DNA of 63,945 nt, counting the filler, from Thelocarpon superellum (Eukaryota), in NCBI GenBank assembly GCA_026025795.1. It is 4 parts of 4 records of this genome, joined end to end, with 100 filler letters (N's around TTAATTAATTAA, not from the genome) between each part and the next. Parts side by side here need not be neighbours in the genome. Positions count along the whole stretch, not along the records: positions 49,337 to 63,945 come from JAPEUG010000427.1; 3 more parts are not named here. The stretch is one strand, 5' to 3'. The notes under the pieces were generated by a model. It searched no databases and had not been told where the DNA came from. It saw nothing but the letters and a program-made list of their open reading frames with translations. Every line of letters begins with the position of its first letter. Position 1 is the first letter of the stretch. Positions 49,237 to 60,482 of the stretch are shown here, piece after piece. The position numbers and the translations under genes are program-made.

Positions 49237-49336
49237 NNNNNNNNNNNNNNNNNNNNNNNNNNNNNNNNNNNNNNNNNNNNTTAATTAATTAANNNNNNNN
49301 NNNNNNNNNNNNNNNNNNNNNNNNNNNNNNNNNNNN
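49237..49336. other. Artificial contig linker
   Basis: 44 N + TTAATTAATTAA + 44 N. Confidence 0.98.
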
Positions 49337-52300
49337 TCCTGATACCGCATGTCAAATGTCACATCTCTTGTCCTGCAGTGACTTCTGAAGAGCAACATGA
49401 GTTCTCAACAAACATGGAGGGAGAGGACGAGTGCTTGCTCTCCTAACGCACACGTCAAGTGGGATCAGGGCAGGTGGAGTTTTCCGCCGCCACTGCCAAG
49501 GGGGTTTGATTCGCCCATGGCTGTTGGATGGGAACATGAGCTGCTGTTTGATCTTCGGGCTATTGAAGTCACGTCTAATTCCTGACACTTATACCTCGAT
49601 AAAGGAACTCCTTGCAACGAAGACTTGCTCCAGTATATCGTTAAGTTACCTTGCAAACAAGATGTACGAGACTCATGACGCATTTGCCAAGTGTCTCCTT
49701 ACTCGTGTCCGCCTACGATTTTATTGCGTGCGTCATCTTGCCCGGGTCGCCGCTTAAATCGCCATTTGGCGAATGGGAAGCTGTGGCGGGACTAGAGGAA
49801 TTAAATATTGGCAATGATTAAAGAAATTATTATTTAATTCACGCGTAATGTAATCAAGCCTCGCTTAATTCGATGGCGCCAAACTTTACGAAGTCCCGCG
49901 GGAAGTTTTTGGTGAATTATACAAGCATTGAATCTCCTCTGCGAAACATTCTCGTGCTTCTCAAAGAAGGTGTGTAGTCCGTTCCATTCGATAGTATTCT
50001 TCATGATTGGCACGGTGGCAAATCGACCAGAGCCACTTCGTGTTATTTAGGTCACCGCGGCAGCTGATTGATACACCATTATCCTTGCCCTTCAAATTGA
50101 TTCCCGGCAGGCAAGATCGCAGAACGTGGCTGCCTGATGGCCATGGGAGCGCTTGGAGTAGCAGCTGGCGAAACCAGAATGGCCATCTTCGGATGCCTGC
50201 GTTGAAAAGGAAGAAATTGCGTTCTCCTTGTCGGATTGAACTGAGTGGAGAGATGGTAGTGATGCACCCCGGAATAAGCATCGGAATAGGTGATTTTCCC
50301 TACAGAAGCCATCGAGCGAGCTATTGTATAGCGAGGACCTTGTCACGTGGGTAGCGATTTCGGCAGCCGCAGCTGCCGTGTCCTCTCTACAGTGGGGAGC
50401 ACTTCCAGGCTGGCCAAGGATCCATATCTAGCCGGTCAGGAGGCCAGGTCCTTTCGTAAGGGTGGCTCGCGTGGATCGAGGGTAAGAAGAGGATCGCTGC
50501 AAGACATGTGGCTTCACTCTGGCAGGCAAGCTTCCCGTCGCCCGGTCGCGGCGGGAATGAAGCGACCGAAACGTGAGTTCCAGACTGTACCATACCCATC
50601 CCATGCCGTGTGCTTGTCCAGACGGCGTCCTGCAGATGCTCCTTCGAGTCCATGCGAGACAAGCGGGTCGAGCTCATGTTGCCCCATGTCGTTCGGACCG
50701 TCTCTGAGCACCGAGCTGTCGGTGGCGGAACGCATCCCGTTGGGCAGCCGGGGCGCAATGGGTCCTGTCAGACGCGACCTGTCAAATTCAAGTGACGTAG
50801 GATGCGGTGTCAGATGAACGGACTTGCTCATCATCGCGCAGAGGTCCGTGGCCTCATCGGCGGACCACATTGGAGGCTTGTCCAATCATGAAATCTCATC
50901 AGCTTGGAAGTTTCCCGGCCGTGCGCGCCACACATGAAGTATGAAATCCCACCTATAGGGAACGAGCAGTATCTACGATAATTTGCGCGAGCCCAAGCCG
51001 CGCCGATGGCAATCTGACAGGCGTATCATAAACCGATGAAGGTGTCCATGCCGCAAGTTTCCGTGGCGCCAGACCCCACTAGCAGATCCAAGACCGAGTA
51101 GTTTCCTCGCAGGTGGGGAGGCGGGAGCGTGCGGATGGAGGGAGGATGGGTGGCTCGAAGGGTCCGAAGCACCCATGCTGGGGGCTTGGGCCACGGTGAA
51201 GTGGCGTGAGTGGTAGCGAGTTGGAAGAAATCTACGCGAGGTAGGCCGGTGCAGCTGGTGCCGTGTCATGTCGACTCGACTGGCGTGTGCATGGCGGCGC
51301 TGCACTGGGCTACGCTTGCCGCCCTGGCGGATTCCCATTCCCGTTGCGGAGTAGGGCAGGTAGTGGCTGGCGCACATCGACATCGAAAGGTTGATAAGAC
51401 GCCACGGCAGGTACCGCACCGGACCTCCCAGCGTGATACGAAGTGCCCTGAATATGAGCGACAGCGACGCGGCTCCAGTCTTGCTTTCAATGTCTGGGGT
51501 ACGAGTACGAAGACTTCAGCACTCGCGCGGATCCATTCGATCTACTACTAGTACTAGATGCTGTACGTGCACCATCTCCGGCTATCAATCAGCTAGCAAG
51601 GCTCACCCATTCGACCCGTGCTACATTGGTTCGGCTCGAGTCACTTGTAAAAGTTGCCGTGCTTGGCTACTACGCAGAAACACATCATCACACCGATCCG
51701 GGCTCCTACTGCCAAAGTACGAGTGCCGGGAAGGTGCGGGTGCTGATGTTTCGCTGTTGGAGTCGAGCGAGATAGGATCGAATGCTACGGGCTTCGCCAC
51801 CCGTCAACCATGGTAGATAGGGGGGTTGGGTCGCCCGGCGACTAGCTTAGGGCTGGTCCGCTCACAACGAGTCCGGAACCCGGAATGGGTGATGATGAGA
51901 ACATGTCGGGCAAGGCGAACAGTCTTCGATGCATGGAAGTGTCATCGATTCTCCATTGCCAAGAGAAACCACGTTGTCCAGATCGCCGAGACATGTGGCA
52001 TACGCATGGCCGGTATGGAAGAGCGTTTGTGTGCGAATCCCAATTTCTTTGTCATGGCTTCTTTCTTCACCAGGCGGTTGGGACGACCCCTGTGAAGGAA
52101 CCACTTGCGCGGAAGGAGTCTGGATTACGAGGACGAGTACTCGTAGACGTACCTGTCGAGCAGCGTCGCAGGGTCCATGGCTTGCCTCTCCCTACTCGCC
52201 ATTGTCCACAGCGACGCACACATGAGTAACACAGTACAGTACTTGTACGCCCTGGCGCACCGCTAGTGCCATGCAAGGATCCGCGCCATCGTTTGGCCCA

Positions 52301-53448
52301 GCACCAGCGAGACAGCCTCCTGCTGGGCTCACGTTGTGGACCCCGCTGCCACTGTACCCCACAGAACCCAACGATGGCACGTCGCTCGCCAGGCACCTTG
52401 CCAGGCATGTACATCGTACGCCGCTACCATCGGCACTAGCTGACATAGTCTGGCCTCGCTTAAGCCGTGTGTGTGCCGGTGTGTGCCCGTGTGCGCCGGT
52501 GTGTGCCGGTGTGACAGCCCCGGGAGCAGAGCACGACGCGGACCTAGTGCTACCGGGAGCTTGCCGGCAACGATTGGCGTGAGTGCCGTCTGCTAGTAAC
52601 TGACCCGACCCATCAACCATTTCCGTGCGATGGCGAGGGGGAGATCGAGTGGTTGATGATCTCTTCCTTCGCGGCTGCAAAGAGGTCCCAGTATTGCTGG
52701 TCAGACGGGAGAGGCGGGACGGCAGGATGGCAGGTGTGATGCAGCTGGTGGGGGCGAGCAAGGTCCAACCAGGACGAGTATTCCCACTCCGTACCCGTAT
52801 AGCGGTGGTAAGCCCATCCACGAGCCTGCCAAGGCGCGGGACGGGCACGAAGACAACAACGCCAAGACACCGACCGTGTCCGCCCAGCGCGATGAAGAGC
52901 GCGATGGCGATAGCTGCATTTGAGGACCTGTCGCTATGCCGTGCGCAGCGAAATCCCCCCTCCCCGGTCGTGCTTCCGTGACCTGGTCCTGGCCACCCCC
53001 CCCCCACCGCGCCCTCGCTACCTGGTCCATCTGATGATGCTAGCTCGAGTCCTCCCTGTCCTGGCTCTTGGAGGAGTTCGGAGAACGATCAGTCCGTCTC
53101 AAATGACGTCCGAGCGTCCGTGGGCACGCACGCTTGGCAAGCGGCTGCCATCGACACTACCGAACTCAATGTGGTTCAATGTGGTCTTGTCCTGGCTTGC
53201 TACCGCAGGGCCAGGGACGAGGCGACGGAGCGGTCGGAGGACGAGCAATGGGACGGTGACGAACCATCTGGCGGAAAGACGAGCTCTCCCGCCACTTGGA
53301 CGAGTAGGGGCGGCATTGGCCAAGACATGATAATACGTCCGATCACCCCCCTCCCTGTCCCTGCAACGCCAGTGCGAGCTCTTCCACCTCGTACCTCTGC
53401 GACAACGGCGACGTTGTCGTATCGGTGCATTTGCCCCCGTTCTCGCCC

Positions 53449-53488
53449 CTCGCTCTCGCTCTCGCTCTCGCTCTCGCTCTCGCTCTCG
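53449..53488. repeat. (CTCTCG)n microsatellite
   Basis: Pyrimidine-rich hexamer tract about 50 bp upstream of the permease ATG, resembling a CT-box. Confidence 0.85.
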
Positions 53489-53540
53489 CCCTTACCTCTC
53501 GCCCTCACCTCTCGGAGTCTCCCCCTCCGAAGCGTGCAGA

Positions 53541-55389
53541 ATGAACTGGCTCAAGTACAACGCGGGCGCTCCCGGGCAGATGACCAGGGATGTGGTCGAC
53601 AGCTTCCGCCGGGATCCCAACGCGCGCGCCCTCCCGCCAGGCATGATGCGATCCGACGACAAAGGGTGGGATCTGGAAGATGCCTACGAGGCTACGGCGC
53701 ACTCGGGTCTCGCGCGGCAGCTCAAGTCGCGCCATCTGCAGATGATTGCCATTGGTAGCGCCATTGGTAGGTGCCCATGACCCTCCTCCCTCGGGCTCAC
53801 AAGGGCGAGGCTTGCTGACCACGCCAGGGGCGTGTTACTTCGTCACGACCGGGCACGCGCTGGCCCAGGCGGGTCCGGGCAGCTTGACCCTCGCCTTCTT
53901 CCTGGTCGGGACGGCGGTGTTCTGCACCGTGCAGGCCTTGGGCGAGATGGCCGTCTTGTTCCCGGTGGCGGGGTCCTTCTCGGCCTACTCCACCCGCTTC
54001 CTGGATCCGGCGTGGGGCTTCGCTATGGGCTGGAACTACGCCTTGCAATGGATCGCCGTGATCCCCTTTGAGATCGTGGCCGGGTCGATCGCCTTTGGCT
54101 ACTGGACCAACGGCCGGGTGAGCAACGTGGTGTGGATCGTCGTCTACCTCGTCGGCTTGGCCATTCTCAACTGCTTCAGCGTGCGCATGTACGGCGAGGC
54201 GGAGTTTGTCTTCACGTCGATCAAGGTGACAGCCATCGTCGGCTTCATCATCTTCGCCCTGGTCATCGACCTCGGCGGCGGCCCGCAGGGTCAGTTCATC
54301 GGCGGTCGGTACTGGCATGATCCCGGCGCCTTCATCAACGGCTTCAAGGGCTTTGCCACCGTCGTCCCGGCGGCGGCCTTCTGCTGGGTGGGCGCGGAGC
54401 TGGTGGGGCTCTGTGCGGCCGAGACCCGCTACCCGCGACAGTCAATCCCGTCGGCGATCCGCAAGACCTTCTGGTATCTCTGCTTCTGCTACGTCATCGG
54501 TACGATCATGTTCGGGCTCATCGTCAGCGCGGCCGACGCGCAGCTCAACGCGCCGGCGACGGCGGCCGGCTCGCCCTCCATCTCGCCCTTTATCATCGCG
54601 ATCAAGAACTCGGGCGTGCGCGGCCTGGACTCGGTCTTCAACGCCGTCATCATCGTGGCGACGTTTGAGGTGGCCAACTCGTCGCTCTACGCCTCGACCC
54701 GCACCATGGCGGCGCTGGCGGAGCAACGGCAGGCGCCCGCCTTCCTCGCCTACATTGACCGCAAAGGCCGGCCGATGGCGGGCGTGCTCGTGTGTCTCTG
54801 CGTTGGCCTCCTCGCCTTCCTAGGCTCGACGTCGGCGGATGCGCAGATCACGGTGCTGGTGTGGATCCAGTCCATCTCGAGTCTGGCGGGCATCGTGACG
54901 TGGGCATCCATCTGCCTCTGCCACATCCGCTTCCGCCAGGCGTGGAAATACCAGGGCCACTCGCTGGACGAGCTCGCGTTCCGATCGAGCGTCGGGGTGT
55001 GGGGGTCGGCCTACGCGTTCGTGATCTTTGTCTGGTTCCTCATCCTGCAGCTCTGGACGGCGATCGAGCCCATCGGGTATGAGTTGTTGGGACCCTCCGA
55101 CCGGGCCTCGTACTTCTTCCAGACCTATCTGACGATCCCGGTCATCATCGCCTTTTGGGTCTTCTACAAGGTGCTCTACCGGACCCAGGTGGTCCGGATC
55201 GACAACATGAATCTGTCCATTGGCGTGCTGAAGCTGACGCTCGAGCAAATCCGCGAGGAGGAGCGGGCCCAGCGGATGAAGCCGGCGGCGTGGTGGAAGG
55301 GCTTCTCCATCAACAATGCCCGGCTTTTCCAGAGCAAGGAGGAGCGGGAGATGGACTGGGGGTTCCGCGCGGGCAGTGTCTTGGAATGA
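53541..55389 (+). CDS. Amino-acid permease, YAT/APC family (Gap1-like, divergent)
   Basis: LARQLKSRHLQMIAIG, intron 53767-53827, ALGEMAVLFPVAGSF, RFLDPAWGFAMGWNY, YGEAEF, YWHDPGAF, SPFIIAI, HIRFRQAWKYQG. About 12 hydrophobic segments. Confidence 0.93.
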
Positions 55390-55815
55390 TGCTCGATGGG
55401 TGGGTGTTGGAGGCCAGTGCGGGGGGGTGCGTTGGGTCTGTCTGTACGTGCTTGGTCCGCGTCGATGTCGTCCTTCCTTTTGTACATACGCAGATCCGCA
55501 CGAAACTGGGAAGGTGGGAGCCGGGGGCCGGGGGCCGGGGGCCGGGGTGCCAGGGTGCAGGGATACCGGGGCGTCGATGTATCTATCGTTTGTGCGGCGG
55601 ACGGCCCGGGTGAAGTACGGGAGACACGGATGGACGACGGCCAGCCTGTGAGCCGGACTTGATCAATCTTCAATTAGCTAGGGCCTGCTGAAAACCTCTC
55701 TTTGACTGACCCAAGTCCTCCCTCGTTGTCTGAACGGTTGATTACATGACGCGAGGAAGTGCGCCTGACACCGGTGTCCCTGAGGCTGCCCAGACTTCTC
55801 CGTCATGGTCACCGT

Positions 55816-55974
55816 CATCGCCATCGTCATCATCATCGCCATCGTCATCATCATCGCCATCGACATCATCATCGCCATCGTCATCATCATCGCCATCGCC
55901 ATCATCATCGCCATCGCCACCATCATCGCCGTCGTCATCATCATCGCCATCGCCATCATCATCGCCATCGTCAT
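55816..55974. repeat. 18-nt minisatellite (CATCGCCATCGTCATCAT), about 9 copies
   Basis: Degenerate (CAT)n-derived tandem array between the convergent permease and SFI1 genes. Confidence 0.9.
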
Positions 55975-56313
55975 TCCCTTGAATCGTTCATCCCTCTATC
56001 CATTGTGCTCCCTGATCGACCGGGACCCAAGAGAACGCTGACTGATAGTCCCCGCTCTACTGTTACAAAACTCCCTTTCCCGTTCCGCCTCCCGTTCCGC
56101 TCCGTCCTGTGCGAAGCACAAGTGCTCCTGAACTCCCAAAGATACAACCCACCCCCCGTTCCGTGCTTGAAACATAGACGCACAACCCCCTCCCGACTCA
56201 CGGATACACATGGACACACGACGACGACGACGAGGACCAGAGGCCAGATGCACAACTGGAATCAAGCCGCCGCGGACCAGCCTCATCCACCCCCCATCCA
56301 TCGATCGATCGCT

Positions 56314-59052
56314 TCACCGTTCCCTGGTGCCGCTGTCCCCCGGGCGTCGTCCTCGTGGCTCCGTCATGAACCCCGTCGCGGATCCCTCTCCGTCTCTGCT
56401 GCGTGCTTGGCCCACCAGGCGATGGCTGAATGCCAATCGTAGCGGCGGCACTCGCGGCGTGCCCAGCATCCCCGGCGTCCGTGGCGTGCCCGGCGTCGTG
56501 GTGAGACGGACCAGCGCCTGAGCGCGCGCGGCCCGCTTCGACGGCGTGCTCAGATAGCCTGGCATGGGTGAAGAGAGCGAGGGCGCCGCCGTGGCTTCAG
56601 GCCCGCTCGCCGTGCCAGGACCCCAGTCGAGCGGGATGGCGCCACTGTCGAGCCCGGCGTCTGACCCGGCCCAGCCCCCGGAGAAAAAAGGGTGGCCGTG
56701 CTGCACGCAGCGTTCGCGCCAGTACCGCAGCATCGTGCGCAGGTGCTTCTTGTCGTTGCGCTGCAGGAGCTTGGTCGCGCTCCGCTCGAGGTTGCCGTGC
56801 TGGAAGGCTTGCATCCCGAGTCGTCGGAGAAGTCCCGCCGCCACGTTGGCCACGCGGATGTTCGCCCGGTAGGTCGCTTGTGCCTCGAGCTCGCGCTGGC
56901 TTTCGCGCCGCCTCTGCCACGTCTGTAGGAGCGTGCGCCGCGTGCGCCGCTGGTAGAGTGTCTGCGCTTGCGTCGCCATCTCTGCCGTGTCTTCGTGCCG
57001 CGCGCGCCATCGGTCGAGGAGGTTCATGCCGTGCACGACGAGCCGGTTCTCTTCGACTTCGTGCGCAAGGCGCGTCAGGTCCGCGTGCTGCGCGCTTCGC
57101 TCCCGCCATCGACGCAACGCCGCCCGCGCACATTCCATCTTGACCCGTCGTCGCACCTGGGCGTAGGCCCCGCGGCGTTTCTCGCGTCGCGACTCCACCA
57201 TCGCCGTTTGCCATCGGCCGAGCGTCTGCGTGGCGAGGAAGTAGAAGCGCGCCTTGGCCGCGTCGCGACCGAGCTGCTGGACGTGTGCGTTACGAGCTTG
57301 CCAGCCCAGAAAGGACTCTTGCACCACGCCCGGCGCGTGATATTGGAAGGCGAGTGTCTCGCGTCGATCGTGGAGCTGCATCTGGAGGCGCCATCGCCCC
57401 ATCACCCCGCTCAGGAGACGTTGATCGCGCTGCTGTCCGAGGGTCGTCTCGGCCTGGGCCCGCTGCTCTCGTCGGGTGCGCGAGCGCTCGACCAGCTGCA
57501 CCAGCCGGCGCTGCTGAAGCCGTTGCGCGCACACGCGGTGCAAGAGGACGGCTCGCTGGGCCAGCGTCCACTTGTAGAGGGCTTGCAGCGTCACGCGTTC
57601 GTCGATCCGCGTCGCCAGGCTCTGCCATCGGAGTCGGTCGTTCCACGCCGTCCAGGCATTCTTCATCTGCCGTCGCCGGCAGACCGCGGCCGCTTGCTTC
57701 TCGGCTCGCGCGCGGTGGAGCAAACGCTGCAGGCTCGTGCGCGCCACGCGCCAGTCGACGCGGTTGGCGACCTCGGACGCCCTGGGCGCCAGCTTGGTCT
57801 GGATCGCCAGCGAGCCGAGACTGTGCGCGATGATCTTGGTCTGCCGGTACCGCGCCGCTGTGTGGGCCTGCTCCGTCTGCTGTCGCGAGCGTGCCGTCCA
57901 CCGACCGAAGCACTGCTTCAAGAGCAATCTGCGACGCATGCCCTCGACCCAGCCCTCGCGCTCGCGGCGCTCCTGCACGGCGTCGATCCACTTGGTCAGG
58001 AATGACTTCTTCGTCCGGCTCGCGTGCCAGTCGGGCGCCCGTCGTTCGCAAAAGGTCCAGAACCAGTGCCAGAAGAGCTTCCGGACGAGCTGGTGGTGGT
58101 ACGTCGCGCGGGCCGTGCTCTGAGCGACGACGACCTGGACAGTACGAGCGCGCCATCGACGAAAGAGCTGACGTAGGCCGTGGTGACGCACCGTCTGGGC
58201 GTTGGCGATGGTGATGGCACGCCAGGCCTGGAAGTACTTGGTGCGGAGGACGTGGCGGCGCGCGATCCGCACCCGTTCCACCTCGTCGGCGGTCGACTGA
58301 ACCCAGTGGGTGAAGGCCTTGCTGACGAGAAAGAGGTTGCGCGCTCTCTCTGCTCGTCGCTCAAGCGCCCAAAAATACTGGGCCGTCTGGAGGCGCTGCC
58401 GTCGTTCGCGCCCGTGCTGGCGCCACGTTTCCCAGGCTTGGCGCAGCAAGGTGTCACGATCGCGGCGAGCGGCGAGGGCCTCCAGACGCTCGTGCGCCGA
58501 GTCGGCCGACCGCCCCCGCGGACCCGGCCGGTCTCCAGCCACACCTCGAAGAGGCGCCGATGTGGGATCGGGGGATTCCTCGTCGGACTGGGGTGCGCCC
58601 AGTGCGGGGGCGGCGGGGGGAGAATGATCCTCCCCGTCGAACTCGATGCGGATCCCCATCTCCGCAAGGAGAGTTTCGAATTTCTGGTAGAGGGGTCCCT
58701 CCCCAGGGACCCCACCCACCCGCAAAAGGTACCGAAAATAGAGGGGATCATGGTCTGGGTCCAGACCATGATCCCGGAGGACGGAGTGGTAGGCGTCGAA
58801 GAGGGCGCGGAAGGGGAAGCGGCCCGCTTCGGGGAGGTGGGAGGCGGTGGTGATGATGAGGTGGAGGAGACCGACGTCTGTGCCGGCGGATCAGCGGTGA
58901 TGAAGATGATGGATGAGAGATGGGAGAGAAAAGATGAGAGGAATCAAGAGCGTCGGGGTCCTCGAAAGGGGCGCGAGAAACCTACCTTGGTCGGTGAGGG
59001 GGGGGTGATTCGGAGCGACCTCTTCACTCCCTGAAGGAGTCGGCGAAGGCAT
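56314..59052 (-). CDS. SFI1: Spindle pole body half-bridge protein Sfi1
   Basis: ATG 59052, intron 58985-58878. N-terminal FRALFDAY..DPDHDPLYFRYL. Many centrin-binding-type repeats ending in F/L-x-x-W (KAFTHW, KYFQAW, QLFRRW, NAWTAW). C-terminal STPSKRAARA and TTPGTP. Confidence 0.9.
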
Positions 59053-59828
59053 CGGCACAGCTTCAGCCCCTGGCGCTTGACGGGATGCATGAGACCGAGG
59101 CCGGCGCGGGGAGAGCGGATGCACGTCGTGTGCTGCGGCCCCCGCCGAGGCGGGCGATGGACGGCGCCCCGCGGGCCCGATCCACGGCACGACGTCGCCC
59201 ACGGTCGAAAGAGGAACGGCGACGGGGACGAGGCGAGCGTGCAGAGCGTGAGGAACGCGATGGGCACCTCACAGATGGAGCCAAGCGTCCAGACGGCGCT
59301 GGCTACCACGCGGCACGAGAAGAGGGCAAAGACGGCGATGAGCACCACACAGACCGTGGCCAAATCCAAGAGAACTGATGCACTGCCCAAGGAAGAAGTG
59401 CGAGAGGAGGATGCGGTCGTGGTGTGGTGTGGCGGAGAGCCAGGACGAGCAACGAGCAAAGGCAACAACCTGGTCAACTTCTCGTCCATTCTATGGTGTT
59501 GTGACCCGATGTGACGGCGATTGCGACCGGCGACGGACGGCGGGCGACTGCCTCAACTTGAGGGTCTCCAGCGTTTCCTCGCGCGCGCCCTCGCGTCTCA
59601 CGTACGAGTACTCGTCCCGGTACCCGCAGTCCGGTAAACACCATCATGATCTGTCCGAATCCGGTTACCGTCGCCGCGGGAGAGCTAGCCGGCGTGCCAC
59701 GTCGAGGCTGGCCGCGGTTATCAGATCAGATCTAATCAAAGTGCTGGGCCCGGGAGAGCACTTCATCACGTGCTCGCGTCAGGTCGGATCGCCGCGCAGG
59801 ACGCGAGGGGAGGACAGCTTCTGAGGGG

Positions 59829-59959
59829 TGTGAGGACCCGTAGAGTCACGTGGACGCCACGTGACCCTGCAGCATCCACATACAGCAGCCGTAGCTTAGC
59901 CTGGCTAGGAGGATAATGAATCAATCTGCTTCTGGAGACAAGACGCCAAGAGCCTGACA
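59829..59959. mobile_element. Solo-LTR-like dispersed repeat, copy B (131 bp, internally deleted, inverted)
   Basis: Its reverse complement matches both ends of 4276-4531. Termini are TGTGAGG...CCTGACA. No TSD is visible (AGGGG vs CAGCT). Confidence 0.65.
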
Positions 59960-60041
59960 CAGCTCGTCCGACCGTAACGGCGACAGCAGTAGCAAGCATC
60001 CACGAGTAGGGTGTCGATCAGCAAGCCCCGGGAGCCTCAGC

Positions 60042-60330
60042 ATGCCGACGCGGACGAGACCCATCGACAAACTCGCCACGGCCGTGGCCCAATGCTCCGC
60101 CGAGGTAGGAGGGCCAACACCGGGCATGCCGAGTCAAGCTGACGGACGGCGTAGGCCTCGGTGTACGGCAAATGCATCGTGGCCGACTACAACCACGTTT
60201 CCAAGGATAAGTGCTTGTCCGAGTTTCTGCGCCTCAAGGAGTGCTACGTGGTATGTGTGTGGCGTGACGGGACATGTGGTGGATCCACCGTGATTGATCC
60301 ATCGTACAGGCCGCAGCGAAGAAACGATGA
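60042..60330 (+). CDS. Twin CX9C mitochondrial microprotein, NDUFAF8-like complex I assembly factor (59 aa)
   Basis: Exons 60042-60104, 60155-60250, 60310-60330 give MPTRTRPIDKLATAVAQCSAEASVYGKCIVADYNHVSKDKCLSEFLRLKECYVAAAKKR, with two exact CX9C motifs. Confidence 0.85.
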
Positions 60331-60482
60331 CGAGCACGACGGGCTGTACGGTGTTTGAATGCGTGGTAGCGATCAGAGGGCTGCATTTTGGATATCTCTC
60401 GACGATTTAGGCATTACATGGCAGGCATTTACTCGTCATGGTATCATCGTGGGCGCGTCATCGTCTCCCGCATCACCGACGG

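Noticed and set aside
49352..50885. Small ORFs at the start of contig 4
   Set aside because: I could not build a spliced, stop-free model with recognisable similarity.
55678..56442. His/Arg-rich (55759-56442) and Met-rich (55678-55974) ORFs as real genes
   Set aside because: Both are translations of the CAT minisatellite; the His-rich ORF starts at GTG and runs antisense into the SFI1 3' end.
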